A DNA stretch of 64,000 nucleotides from Candidatus Latescibacterota bacterium. Lineage in GTDB: Bacteria > Latescibacterota > UBA2968. Of the stretch, positions 46,993-57,625 are shown piece by piece. Positions within the stretch are counted from its first letter, which is position 1. Every line of letters starts with the position of its first letter. The notes under the pieces were generated by a model, which saw only the letters and a list, made by a program, of their open reading frames with translations, searched no databases and was not told where the DNA came from. The stretch is from positions 5,440,001 to 5,504,000 of the forward strand of contig OZ242311.1 in assembly GCA_965207885.1 (NCBI GenBank), in the 5' to 3' direction. A program made the translations under genes and the position numbers.

Positions 46993-47829
46993 CTATGTCT
47001 CAAACCGCGCCCACGCAGTCACATGCGGCGGCAAGAGAAGCGGGCGTTTCGACACCCTGATCTCTTCCCAAATCCGATCTGATAGTGTATCCACATCGAC
47101 CTCTTCAGCAGTCGCAATTCCAAACTCCTCCATAAGCGGAACCAGACTGCGAAAGGCGTTGGCAATAAAATCGTACCCAGCCCACGATTCTGCGCCCCCC
47201 AATGGCGCCACAAAATGCAAAATAGGCGCAGACAAACCGGCATCCAAAAACGTGCGATGGAGATCCATGCCCATTTCAGTATGCGCCCCTGAATGTTGAA
47301 ACACTGCAATTCCCCATTCAACCAGCTTGTTCATAAGCGGCGTATCTGAACGAGAAATCGATACATAAGGCGTAAAATCCACCTCCTGAAAAGCGACAAT
47401 ACCCCCCGGGCGCAAGTGCCTTGTGAGTTGTTTCAACGCCTCTGAGGGATCAGACATATACATAAGAACGAGGCGCCCGACCACCGCATCAAAGCCTCCC
47501 TCCACATCCAGGGTTCGGGCATCCCCCGCTATGAATTGAATATTTTCAAAACCCAGTTCTCTCACCCTCGCCTGGGCTGTCTCGAGAATCGCCGCATTGA
47601 CATCCACACCCACGACTTCCCCCTCTGCCCCGACCAACTCGGCTGCCGCCATCGCAACATCTCCGGCGCCGCTCCCCACATCGAGAACCCGCATCCCGCT
47701 AACCAGACCCGCCTCCTGAAAAAAACGCAGCGTCACAGCCTCGTAGAGTTGTGACTGCTGAATCAAACGCTCCGTCTCTCCTCCACTGCGCCCCATCGTA
47801 TATCTCGGATCGCTATTCAACTCGCTCAT
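46993..47829 (-). CDS. Class I SAM-dependent methyltransferase
   Basis: VLDVGSGAGD, FDAVVGRLVL, LRPGG; start at ATG 47829. Confidence 0.9.
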   Translation of the reverse strand: MSELNSDPRYTMGRSGGETERLIQQSQLYEAVTLRFFQEAGLVSGMRVLDVGSGAGDVAMAAAELVGAEGEVVGVDVNAAILETAQARVRELGFENIQFIAGDARTLDVEGGFDAVVGRLVLMYMSDPSEALKQLTRHLRPGGIVAFQEVDFTPYVSISRSDTPLMNKLVEWGIAVFQHSGAHTEMGMDLHRTFLDAGLSAPILHFVAPLGGAESWAGYDFIANAFRSLVPLMEEFGIATAEEVDVDTLSDRIWEEIRVSKRPLLLPPHVTAWARFET

Positions 47830-47968
47830 GGCACTTCCTCCTTTTGTGATATTCCCTTTGTGACATCCTCTGAATTTCAAAAAAATTACAACTTTGAGCA
47901 AATAAAAAACACCGTGACAGCCACCCAATAATTAGTTAAATTTCAGCCAAATATAAGGAGAAATACAC

Positions 47969-50881
47969 ATGTCATCTCGACTATTTTTCGTTCTTTGTCT
48001 CTCTTTCAGCATCCCCATTTCGGCCTTTGCCCAGCTCACCATCAAAGGCACAGTCACCGACGAGCGAGGCGAGAGTCTGCCAGGTGCCAATATCATTGTC
48101 ATCGGCACAACAACTGGCACGAACACCGATGCCCAGGGCAATTTCGCGCTGTATTTGTCAGAGCCAGAAGCGGAAACCACTATCGAAGCGCGTTATGTGG
48201 GCTACAAATCCGCCAGACAAACCATTCGCCAAAACAGCGGCCTTACGGAAGTCTCTTTTCAACTCGCCGTAGATGTCTTGCAATTCGATGAAATCGTCGT
48301 CACAGGTCTTTCCGTTGCAGCCAGCAAAAAACAACTGGGAAATGCCATTTCCACCCTGACCGTTCGCCAATTGGAATCGACTGGTGCCACATCCCTCGAC
48401 AAAGCGTTGACCGGTAAATTAGCCGGTGCGCTCATTCAACAAAATTCGGGCAATCCCGGCGGCGGCGTAACCATCCGATTGCGCGGAACCGGTACCGTCC
48501 TGGGCGATGCCGACCCCCTCTATGTGGTAGATGGCGTCATTGTGAACAACGACTCACCAGAACTCATTCGACTCGGCGGCGGATCGCAAAACCGCCTCAT
48601 CGATCTCAACCCAAACGACGTAGAACGCATTGAAATCGTAAAAGGCGCAGCAGCAGCAGCCCTTTACGGATCGCGCGCAAACAACGGTGTCGTGCAAATA
48701 TTTACAAAACGCGGCACTCAGGGCAAGCCTCGCATAAACTATACCTATGGTCTCTCAACGTCAAAAATACGCAAAACACTGCCAGTAAATCGGGCAACCG
48801 TTGACAATAGGGGAAATAAAAATTCCGACGGCTCCGATGTCCAGCGCTTTGACCATCAGGACTTCATCTTTAGACGCGCTGCGGGAATGGAGCACTATGC
48901 GTCGATATCGGGAGGGTCTGGCAATACCCGTTATTTTGCCTCCGGGTCCTATCTCGCCGATCAAGGCGTGATTGAAAACACATTGTTTCGGCGGATCAGT
49001 GCCCGAACGCGCATCGACCAGAATTTGTCGAACTGGTTGGCCTTATCTGTGGGAGGAAATTTCGTATTTAGCAAAAGCAATGACATCCCCAACGGCGGGC
49101 TAAATTCGAACTACGGCGCGATGACGGGTTTTATTTTTGGTCCCAATACCTATAATCTCACGCCCGACCCCGAGACCGGTACTTATCCGGACGACGGCAT
49201 TCTCGCCAACCCCCTTGAAGTCATTGATCAATATGATTTCACGCAAGAAATCACGCGCTATATTGGAAGTGCCCAGCTAAATGCAACCCCGCTATCTGGA
49301 TTGAGCATTGACTATACTCTGGGCATTGATACCTACGATCAGACGGCCATCGCATTTATCCCTACCGGCACCTCTGCGCCGGGCCTGGCAAATGGCTTTT
49401 CTCGAAGAGCCGTATTCGATTTTCTGCAACTCAACAATGACATCAACCTCAGATACCAGCGGGACATATTTCCCAATGTGCAATCGACCACGCGAATCGG
49501 CGGAACCCTGCAATACGAAAAAGGGGGAAATTTTAGCGCAGAAGGCAGAAATCTGAGTCCCGTTGCAGAAGTCGTATCGAGCGGTGCAAATGTCGTCGCG
49601 GGCGAAACCAGGAGCAAAAGGGTCATTTATGGCGGATTTATCCAGCAAACCTTTGGGATCGCCAACCGTCTTTTTGTCACGGCTGCCGCCCGCATCGACG
49701 CCTCCTCGGTCTATGATGCGGATAATCGCTGGCAATTTTATCCAAAAGCGAGTGCCTCCTATCTCATTTCAGATACGGGCTTCTGGCAAAATAGCGCACT
49801 TCAAAACATCTTTTCAGACTTCAAATTGCGAGCCTCCATAGGCACTTCAGGAGGTCAAACAGCCATTGGGCCGTATGACCGCCTGACCAATTACAATGCA
49901 TCCTCTTATGACGGCAACCCCGGCCTGGTGCCCAGCACACAACTCGGCGGAACGATCAAACCCGAAAGACAGCGGGAAATTGAAATAGGGACGGATTTTA
50001 GTCTCCTGTCCAATCGCCTGGGCATAGAACTGACCTATTACGATCAGCGCATCGAAGACTTGTTGCTATTCCGCACATTATCCCCCTCCACAGGTCATTC
50101 GCGTGCCCTGCAAAATGTCGGCACCATGGACAATACCGGGTTGGAATTCCTCGTGCGCGCGATTCCGCTCGCACGCCCCAATCTCCGCTGGGAATCGACC
50201 TTCACGTATTCGACCAACAGAAACAAAGTCGATGGTATTGAGGGCGGGCGATTGATCATCCCAAATTCGTTTTCCCAGGTCTCGGCCATCAACGGCGAAC
50301 CCCTCGGGGTTTTCTTCAGCACGGCTTTTGAACGCGATGCCCAGGGCAATATCGCAAACGACGAAAACAATCTCCCGATACAAGCGGCTGATCGCAAAAT
50401 TATTGGCGATCCCAACCCGGACTTTACCGCTTCATGGATCAATCAGATCGCCCTGGGGCAAAACTGGTCATTTCGCATGCAATGGGACGCCATCATAGGT
50501 GGCGATTTATTCAATTTTACCAGACGCCTGGCCGCATTGAGCGCATTCGGCGTTTTAACAGACTACGAACGCGAATTAAACGGCGAACTCCCCTCTGGTT
50601 ATAATTCGCGGGTTTTCCGAATTTTTGAACAATGGATCGAAGATGGATCCTTTGTGAAATTGCGCGAACTATCCGCGTCTTATCGCTGGCAGCCCCAATT
50701 TTTGGGATTGAGCAGCATTCAATTGAGCCTCATTGGCCGCAATTTGCTTTCCATAGACGACTACAGCGGTTACGATCCGGAAACCAACATCGCCGGACAG
50801 CGCACCGCAGTGCGCGGATTTGACTTCGTAGAAGTGCCCATCCCGCGCAGTATTGCATTCCGTATAAGTTTGAACTACTAA
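47969..50881 (+). CDS. SusC/RagA-family TonB-linked outer-membrane protein
   Basis: PLYVVDG, LNPNDVERIEIVKGAAAAALYGSRANNGVVQIFTKRG, IEDGSFVKLRE. Confidence 0.95.
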   Translation: MSSRLFFVLCLSFSIPISAFAQLTIKGTVTDERGESLPGANIIVIGTTTGTNTDAQGNFALYLSEPEAETTIEARYVGYKSARQTIRQNSGLTEVSFQLAVDVLQFDEIVVTGLSVAASKKQLGNAISTLTVRQLESTGATSLDKALTGKLAGALIQQNSGNPGGGVTIRLRGTGTVLGDADPLYVVDGVIVNNDSPELIRLGGGSQNRLIDLNPNDVERIEIVKGAAAAALYGSRANNGVVQIFTKRGTQGKPRINYTYGLSTSKIRKTLPVNRATVDNRGNKNSDGSDVQRFDHQDFIFRRAAGMEHYASISGGSGNTRYFASGSYLADQGVIENTLFRRISARTRIDQNLSNWLALSVGGNFVFSKSNDIPNGGLNSNYGAMTGFIFGPNTYNLTPDPETGTYPDDGILANPLEVIDQYDFTQEITRYIGSAQLNATPLSGLSIDYTLGIDTYDQTAIAFIPTGTSAPGLANGFSRRAVFDFLQLNNDINLRYQRDIFPNVQSTTRIGGTLQYEKGGNFSAEGRNLSPVAEVVSSGANVVAGETRSKRVIYGGFIQQTFGIANRLFVTAAARIDASSVYDADNRWQFYPKASASYLISDTGFWQNSALQNIFSDFKLRASIGTSGGQTAIGPYDRLTNYNASSYDGNPGLVPSTQLGGTIKPERQREIEIGTDFSLLSNRLGIELTYYDQRIEDLLLFRTLSPSTGHSRALQNVGTMDNTGLEFLVRAIPLARPNLRWESTFTYSTNRNKVDGIEGGRLIIPNSFSQVSAINGEPLGVFFSTAFERDAQGNIANDENNLPIQAADRKIIGDPNPDFTASWINQIALGQNWSFRMQWDAIIGGDLFNFTRRLAALSAFGVLTDYERELNGELPSGYNSRVFRIFEQWIEDGSFVKLRELSASYRWQPQFLGLSSIQLSLIGRNLLSIDDYSGYDPETNIAGQRTAVRGFDFVEVPIPRSIAFRISLNY

Positions 50882-50891
50882 GGGAAAAAAT

Positions 50892-52196
50892 ATGAAATCG
50901 AGTCGCCTGTATATTCTCCTGGCATTGCTGCTCTTTTTTACACAAGGTTGCGATTTAAACATAACAAATCCAAACCAGGCAGTGGAAGAGCGCGTTTTAA
51001 CCACCAGTGACGGCATTATCGCACTCGCCATTGGCATGCAACGAGATTACGCGAGTCAGAATGTCGATTCATACATTCGTCATCCGGCAATTACAAGCCG
51101 CGAATTTGCGGCAAACACGACCTTTGCCAACCTCATACAATTAGAGGATGGCCTCAACGCATTGTCTGGCGCAAACAGCGGTGTCAGCGCGATCTGGTTC
51201 GAATCATACCGCGTCATCGGAATAGCCAATGATTTGATCGACAGCGCGCCCAATGTGCAACTATCAGAAGGTACGCGCAGCGGCATTATTGCACTCTCTC
51301 AACTTTACAAAGCGATGTGTCTGGGGTTCGTCGCACAGGCTTTTGAACAGGCACCAACAGATGTACAGGCCGATGGACAGGCCACTTTCCAGCCGCGGTC
51401 TGAGGTATTTGCCGAAGCGATTCGGTTGCTGGACAACGCGCTCCAAACCATCTCGGCTACGCCACCATCTGCTCAATTCAACTCAGATATCCTGGGACAG
51501 GGATTCGATCTCTTAAATACGATTCACGCTTACCGGGCGCGCTATAACCTGTTCGCGGGAAATTATCCAGCCGCACTTGAAGCCGCCAATACCATCGATC
51601 CCTCGGCAACATCTGTCTATACTTATGACGCCGACAATCAGAACCCCATCTACAACCAGGTTTTTGTTGCGGATGATTATGCGCCAAGAGATAATTTCGG
51701 AACGCTGGTCACAGACAGCAACGATGCGAGACTTGCATTTTATCTCATGCCAAATGACCGCCTGAGCAATCCCAACACTTTGCCTATTGAAACGCTATCC
51801 GGCTTTTGGAACACCGCCACATCGTCCATCCCGGCATATTTGCCCGGCGAAATGGCTCTGATACGGGCAGAGGCAAACGCAATGATGGGAAATATCACAG
51901 GAGCGATCACCGAAATAGACGCCATCCGCACAAAAACACCCGATCGTGATCCCCTTGGCATTGGGGCATCGCTACCACCCTACAGCGGTCCACAAACCGT
52001 CGAGGCCGTGACAGAAGAGATCTTTCGGCAGCGCAGAGCGGAATTATTCCTGAACGGTACTGGATTGGAAGACAGCCGACGTCTCGGTCAACCCGGTCCC
52101 TCATCCGACCCCTTTGAGCGAAATCGAAATTTCTATCCCTATGCCGACCAGGAGCGATTAAACAACCCCAATACGCCTTCCGATCCCGCAAATTAG
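50892..52196 (+). CDS. RagB/SusD-family lipoprotein
   Basis: Lipobox TQGC, LIRAEA, RRAELFL.G..LED.RR; follows the SusC-like gene. Confidence 0.9.
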   Translation: MKSSRLYILLALLLFFTQGCDLNITNPNQAVEERVLTTSDGIIALAIGMQRDYASQNVDSYIRHPAITSREFAANTTFANLIQLEDGLNALSGANSGVSAIWFESYRVIGIANDLIDSAPNVQLSEGTRSGIIALSQLYKAMCLGFVAQAFEQAPTDVQADGQATFQPRSEVFAEAIRLLDNALQTISATPPSAQFNSDILGQGFDLLNTIHAYRARYNLFAGNYPAALEAANTIDPSATSVYTYDADNQNPIYNQVFVADDYAPRDNFGTLVTDSNDARLAFYLMPNDRLSNPNTLPIETLSGFWNTATSSIPAYLPGEMALIRAEANAMMGNITGAITEIDAIRTKTPDRDPLGIGASLPPYSGPQTVEAVTEEIFRQRRAELFLNGTGLEDSRRLGQPGPSSDPFERNRNFYPYADQERLNNPNTPSDPAN

Positions 52197-52204
52197 CTCC
52201 CCAT

Positions 52205-52250
52205 CAAAACAAAAACAGAGAGCCGCGCAAAATAGCACAGCCCTCTGTTT
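52205..52250 (-). terminator. Intrinsic terminator between convergent susD-like and RND genes
   Basis: - strand AAACAGAGGGCTGTGC-tattt-GCGCGGCTCTCTGTTT followed by a T-rich tail. Confidence 0.7.
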
Positions 52251-52277
52251 GGGAGAGAAGTGGTTCTATGACCCGTT

Positions 52278-55200
52278 TTAATCCGCAGCCTGAGCCGGGT
52301 CATCCCCCCATCGCTCAGACCTCTGGAAACTCACCGCGGCAATCCGTTTCAATGACCCGCGCAAATCATCCAGTAAAACGTAAAACAGGGGAACCACAAA
52401 TAGCGTCAACGCCGTTGACACAATCAGCCCGCCCATCATCGTAATCCCCAGCGGCGCGTAGGGCATTCCCATCATCGTACTGCTGCCAATCGCCATGGGA
52501 AACAACCCGAACACCGTCGTGCAGGTCGTCATCAAAATAGGGCGAAAGCGATTGTGACCCGCCGCCATAATTGCCGCCGCGCGATCCATACCCGTCTGGC
52601 GCAACCGATTGATCATATCGACCAATACAATCGCATTGTTGACCACCACCCCAATCAGCACAATCGCCCCCACATTTGACATAAAATCCATCGTCGTACC
52701 CGTCAACCACAACCCCCAGTACACCCCCAAAAACGAAAATGGAATAGAAAAAATCACGGCAAAAGGCAAAATAACCGACTCAAACAACACGCCCATCAGC
52801 AAAAACACAAACACGACCGCCATAATCACGGCAAATGTCATCGCCTGACTTTCCCGGCTGTATTGCGAATGCCGCTCGCCTTTGTTCCACTCATACCCCC
52901 TCGGCAGCGTGAACCCCTCCATCACCCGATCGACCTCCTGATACAACCCTTCCACATCATCTTTGGTCGTATAAACGCGCACGCGCAACCGATTGCGACC
53001 ATTATGCCTGAAAATATGTCCTGGACCTTTGGCCACTTCAAAAGTTGCAAAACTCGACAAAGGCAGCTTTTCACCCGAATCGGTCACAAACATAAAATTC
53101 TTCAACTGCACCAGCGACTGCCGGTCGGATTCATCCAAAATCAGTTGCACATTCACCTCGTGATCATCCGTCTGAAACCGCGGCAAAGTCGCACCGCGCA
53201 GTTGATATGCCAGCGTGCGGCTGATCCGCTCTGCCGGAATACCGTGCTTTTTCGCCTGTGCGCGGTTCACGCGAATGCGAATCTCGTCTTTGCCAAACTC
53301 CAGATCGCTTTGCAAACTCGTCACCGATGGAATCTGCTGCAACCGCCGCTCCACTTCCCCCAGCATATCTTCTAATTTTTCGAAATCAGGACCGTACAAA
53401 TACACGCCCACATAGGGATCTCTCCCACCCGAATTTCTGGATTCCACAGCAACCCGAAATCCCACATAGCGCGGCACCTCCTTATTCAACTCGTCAATAA
53501 TCTCTTGTCGCGTCATCCACCGCTCAATAGGCAAGCCGATCACTCCACCTGCCCAGCGATACACAGCATACCACCACTCTTGATGGGGATCCTCCTCGAG
53601 ATTCATTCGCAAATTGATATACCCACGCCGAAAATACGTCATAACATTTCTGATTTTATACCTATCCCGACGCTCATTTACATACACTTCCAGATCGCTC
53701 GCAATTTTATCCATCTCTTCCAGCGAAAAATTTCTGGGACCATACATGCGAATGGTCACGCGATTCGAAGAAAAACGCATCTGATCGGTCTTCTTCACAT
53801 TCTGATATGGAAAATAAATGGTGGCAAACAAAACCAGCACCACGAGAAACGCATCTCGTCGATGGTGAATAACCCAGTTCAAACCGCGCCGATAAATGCG
53901 GCGGACAAAAGCGATGGACTTTGGATCTGACCGCACAACCGCATCGCCAAAGCGCTGGGCAGCCAGGGGAATAAACAACAGCGCCACAAACAGAGAAGCC
54001 ACCAGCGCAAACACCACGGGCATCCCAATTTTCGACAGCAGAAACTTCATATCAAAGCTGTCATTCATCAGCATCATCGGCAAAAACACCACCACAGTGG
54101 TCAGCGTCGCCATCGTAATCGCCAGCCCCACCTCGCTGGCCCCGTGTATAGATGCACCGCGCGGCTCTTCCCCCTCTGCCCGCAAGCGATAAATATTCTC
54201 CACAATCACAATCGCATTATCCACCACCATACCCACCCCCACCATCAACCCCATCATCGTCAACAAATTGAGCGACCAACCCATAAAATAAAGCACGGTA
54301 ATCGTCATCATCACACACAGCGGAATGGACAGCGTAATCAGTGCCGTCATACGCAAAGCACGCAGAAAAAACAACAACACCAGCGCCGCAAACAATCCGC
54401 CCCAAAGGCCCGTAACTTTCAAATTGTCCATCGAATCTTCTATCAGCTTGCCCTCGCTGTAAAACAGGCGAAACACCGCAGGCGTATTGGCCTCAATCTC
54501 CTCCATTTTGACCACAATGCGCTTGCACAAATCGACGATATTCTCACCCGACTCCTTATACACATCCAAACCCAAATTGCGCTGCCCATCCACGCGCCAC
54601 ACCCGGTCTCTCGGCGGCGCAGCATACACCACATCAGCCACATCCTTCAGACGCACCTGCGCACTGCTATAACGGCCCTGAACAACAATATCCTCGATCT
54701 CCTTCAGGCTTTGATAATGCGCCAGAGACCGCACGTAAAACCGCTTACCGCCCTCCTGCACCTGACCGCCAGACAGGGAAAAATTGTCCTGCTGCAACGA
54801 CGCCACAAGCTCGTGGGTTTCAATACCGTGCGTCCGCAACCGCTCTTGATCCACCAGAATCAAAACCTCCTTGTTCTCAAACCCCCACACGCTGGTCTTT
54901 GCCACACCATCGACCCGCTCAATAGGATCGAGAACATGGGTTTGAACCCATTGCTCCTTATCGACAATATCCTCCGGAATAGATAGCCCCGTCCAGATCA
55001 CCTCGGAATCGGTTTCCTGATTCCACGAATACACCTTGATCTGATCGCGCACTTCCTCGGGCAAATCGAGCCTGGCGTGCTCGAGCCGATCTGCCACGCG
55101 AACATACGCCTCGCGCATATCCGTGCCCCGGTGAAATTTCAACTCAACCCCTGCCCACGGATCGCCGGCAAAAGCGTAAATATCGCTGAGTTCTCTCACC

Positions 55201-55448
55201 GTACGCATATGTCGTTCCATCGGCAGCGCAATGGTGTTAAACCGCTCTTGAACCGACGCATTTTCTGTGGCCACATCCACCCAAAACCGATTCCAGTCAT
55301 TGCCCGACGCCCAGGCCTGAATGGGAATGCGCCAATAAGCCACCAGCCCAATCACCATCAACCCCACCAAACACATCGTCACGGTCACCGGCCTCGTCAC
55401 CGAAATCCTGGGTAAAAGCGATGTTCTCTTCTCATTCTTCTCAACCAT
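52278..55448 (-). CDS. RND efflux transporter permease (AcrB/AcrD/AcrF family)
   Basis: RPVT, GMVVDNAIVIVENI, GVVVNNAIVLVD, RFRPILMT; 1056 aa. Confidence 0.95.
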   Translation of the reverse strand: MVEKNEKRTSLLPRISVTRPVTVTMCLVGLMVIGLVAYWRIPIQAWASGNDWNRFWVDVATENASVQERFNTIALPMERHMRTVRELSDIYAFAGDPWAGVELKFHRGTDMREAYVRVADRLEHARLDLPEEVRDQIKVYSWNQETDSEVIWTGLSIPEDIVDKEQWVQTHVLDPIERVDGVAKTSVWGFENKEVLILVDQERLRTHGIETHELVASLQQDNFSLSGGQVQEGGKRFYVRSLAHYQSLKEIEDIVVQGRYSSAQVRLKDVADVVYAAPPRDRVWRVDGQRNLGLDVYKESGENIVDLCKRIVVKMEEIEANTPAVFRLFYSEGKLIEDSMDNLKVTGLWGGLFAALVLLFFLRALRMTALITLSIPLCVMMTITVLYFMGWSLNLLTMMGLMVGVGMVVDNAIVIVENIYRLRAEGEEPRGASIHGASEVGLAITMATLTTVVVFLPMMLMNDSFDMKFLLSKIGMPVVFALVASLFVALLFIPLAAQRFGDAVVRSDPKSIAFVRRIYRRGLNWVIHHRRDAFLVVLVLFATIYFPYQNVKKTDQMRFSSNRVTIRMYGPRNFSLEEMDKIASDLEVYVNERRDRYKIRNVMTYFRRGYINLRMNLEEDPHQEWWYAVYRWAGGVIGLPIERWMTRQEIIDELNKEVPRYVGFRVAVESRNSGGRDPYVGVYLYGPDFEKLEDMLGEVERRLQQIPSVTSLQSDLEFGKDEIRIRVNRAQAKKHGIPAERISRTLAYQLRGATLPRFQTDDHEVNVQLILDESDRQSLVQLKNFMFVTDSGEKLPLSSFATFEVAKGPGHIFRHNGRNRLRVRVYTTKDDVEGLYQEVDRVMEGFTLPRGYEWNKGERHSQYSRESQAMTFAVIMAVVFVFLLMGVLFESVILPFAVIFSIPFSFLGVYWGLWLTGTTMDFMSNVGAIVLIGVVVNNAIVLVDMINRLRQTGMDRAAAIMAAGHNRFRPILMTTCTTVFGLFPMAIGSSTMMGMPYAPLGITMMGGLIVSTALTLFVVPLFYVLLDDLRGSLKRIAAVSFQRSERWGDDPAQAAD

Positions 55449-55528
55449 CTATATCCTCCGAATGGTATCCCATCTCTCACCTCTCACCTATATAGACACA
55501 CCCCAGAACCATCCGGTTTTCTTTTGGG

Positions 55529-55554
55529 CAAAAAAAAATCCGCATATGCGGATT
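55529..55554 (-). terminator. Intrinsic terminator after the aspartic protease gene
   Basis: Perfect palindrome AATCCGCATATGCGGATT followed by a T-run on the - strand. Confidence 0.7.
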
Positions 55555-55603
55555 GTAGAATTCATAAATAATTTTTAATGTCCTATACCTCAGCTCACTA
55601 ATC

Positions 55604-55981
55604 TCACCGAGAACTATCAAGCCTCGCTAAAAGCATCGGCAAAGACCGAAGTTCTCGTCTCAGAGGATCCAGAACATAACCCAGAGCTTCAAGAGTAACA
55701 ACGCCCAGGAGATTGCTATCGCCGGGTTCACCAAAAATAACAGGTGCTGCACCCAGATGTTCTTTGTAGCGAAACAGCGCATCGCCCAACTCGCGTTCAA
55801 TTTGATCGCCATTTGCCAGCGTAAAAGTTCGACGAGAATGCGGCTGAATACCCAATGCCTCAAGAACAGATCGCTGGACCACGGAATAGACCGCACCTGA
55901 GTCAATCAAAAAATGCTCGGTCTGAAAGTCCTCTGAGCGAGCGGGATTGGCGATATCAATGTCGAGAAATACGAGTCCCAT
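55604..55981 (-). CDS. Small clan AA (retropepsin-like) aspartic protease
   Basis: FLIDSGA, LANG, LLGVVTLEALG..LDP. Confidence 0.85.
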   Translation of the reverse strand: MGLVFLDIDIANPARSEDFQTEHFLIDSGAVYSVVQRSVLEALGIQPHSRRTFTLANGDQIERELGDALFRYKEHLGAAPVIFGEPGDSNLLGVVTLEALGYVLDPLRRELRSLPMLLARLDSSR

Positions 55982-56037
55982 ACTTTTAATAATATCCTAT
56001 TTTTTCATCTGAGTCAACCGCGTGTGTTTACATTTCC

Positions 56038-56826
56038 CTACGGCGTGCCCCTTCGCCCGCCGCCATCCATATAAATCGAACTCCCAAACACATAAGAACA
56101 CGCCTCAGACGCCAAAAAAGCAACGACATTGGCGATCTCTTCAGGCTCGGCCATGCGCCCGGCGGGCAACTCCGCGCCCAGATCTTTGAGCACTGACTCG
56201 ACATCTCGCCCCTCGCGGTCTGCCCGCGCCTTTTGCTGTGAGCGTGCGCGAGGCGTATTCGTCAGCCCAGGACAAACCGCATTCACCAGAACACCATCGC
56301 CAGACACCGCATCGGACAGCGCGCGCGTCATATTCAAAATGACCGCATTGGCCGCCCCCGTCGGAATATTGCCCCGCGTAGGACTCGTGCCCGCGCCACC
56401 CGCGACATTGACAATGCGCCCCCATCCACTTTCTCGCATCAGCGGAATCACCAGTTGCGCCATCCGCAAATAACTATAGCTCTTCAATTCCAACGCCTCG
56501 CTAATCTGCGCCACATCTAAATCCAAAATATCGGCATTGCACGCAGCCCCCACATTATTGACCAGAACATCCACCCCTCCAAACGCATCTATAGCCTCAT
56601 TCACCACCACCTCGCAATTCTCTCCCAGCATCAAATCGACCGCAACCGCATGCCCTTCTCCACCTGCTGCATCGATCTCGGCAACCACCGCATCCAACGT
56701 CTCCCGTGTACGCGCCGCAATACACACACGCGCCCCTTCCCGCGCCAACGCCAGCGCGCAGCAACGCCCAATCCCCTGACTGCCACCCGTAACAACCGCC
56801 CGTTTTCCTCTCAATCCCAAATCCAT
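56038..56826 (-). CDS. SDR-family oxidoreductase
   Basis: TGGSQGIG, LVNNVG, VNAVCPG, DGG. Confidence 0.92.
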   Translation of the reverse strand: MDLGLRGKRAVVTGGSQGIGRCCALALAREGARVCIAARTRETLDAVVAEIDAAGGEGHAVAVDLMLGENCEVVVNEAIDAFGGVDVLVNNVGAACNADILDLDVAQISEALELKSYSYLRMAQLVIPLMRESGWGRIVNVAGGAGTSPTRGNIPTGAANAVILNMTRALSDAVSGDGVLVNAVCPGLTNTPRARSQQKARADREGRDVESVLKDLGAELPAGRMAEPEEIANVVAFLASEACSYVFGSSIYMDGGGRRGTP

Positions 56827-56838
56827 CTCACACCCCGT

Positions 56839-57618
56839 TTATTCAATTTCCCCTCGGATCCCATCCCACTCTCGCCAAATATCCATAAACACATCCTTGC
56901 CGTTCTCCCCGATATCGACATGCCTTGCCCTGAAAATCACGGCATACCGGATATCTGGACACGCATTAATCGCCGCCGTGTGAATAATCTGATGATGCGC
57001 CAGAATAAGATCGCCAGGCTCGCCGGTCAACTGCACCGGCCCCTCGGGCACCGTCACATCGGGCATATAATTCAACAAAATCTCATGCCCTCTTTCCCGA
57101 AACACATCCTCCATCACATGATGTGACTTTGGCCAAACCGTAAAATTGCCGCAGTACGACGCGGGCACATCATCCAGATACACCACAGCAAAAGCCGTAA
57201 AATCCCGACTATAACCGCTCTCTTCAACCGTCCCCCTCAAAAAATCGCGCGCCTTTGCAATCCCATCCAGATGACCACCCGTTCGCAATGGCGGACCCGC
57301 AGTCGCGAGTTCGGGATCCCGTTGCGGCGTTCCAACCCCCGCGGGAAAATTCAGCTTCACAGCACCGTGGCCCTGGCGTTGCAAATTCCCCTTGCCCAAA
57401 GCCGATTCGAGCAATGAAAACACCGGCGTCTCGTTAAACATATCCGTAATCACCGGCATCGCGCGAATATCCCCAAAAGAACGCCTATCGCCCTTCCCAA
57501 TCTCCGCATTAATCGCCTGCCGCGCCGCCTCCACCATCACCCCTGGCACAGCCCCTTCGATTTTCAAAAAACCCTCTCTGTAAAATTCCAACTTCTGAGA
57601 CTTCGTCAGTTCCATCAC
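56839..57618 (-). CDS. PhyH-family Fe(II)/2OG dioxygenase
   Basis: FYREGFL, GHLDG, GNFTVWPKSH, GD..LAH..IIH, RYAVIFR. Confidence 0.82.
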   Translation of the reverse strand: MMELTKSQKLEFYREGFLKIEGAVPGVMVEAARQAINAEIGKGDRRSFGDIRAMPVITDMFNETPVFSLLESALGKGNLQRQGHGAVKLNFPAGVGTPQRDPELATAGPPLRTGGHLDGIAKARDFLRGTVEESGYSRDFTAFAVVYLDDVPASYCGNFTVWPKSHHVMEDVFRERGHEILLNYMPDVTVPEGPVQLTGEPGDLILAHHQIIHTAAINACPDIRYAVIFRARHVDIGENGKDVFMDIWREWDGIRGEIE

Positions 57619-57625
57619 ACTCTCC

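Noticed and set aside
55604-55981. Retroelement protease
   Set aside because: No reverse transcriptase or integrase nearby; small stand-alone clan AA proteases are common in bacteria.
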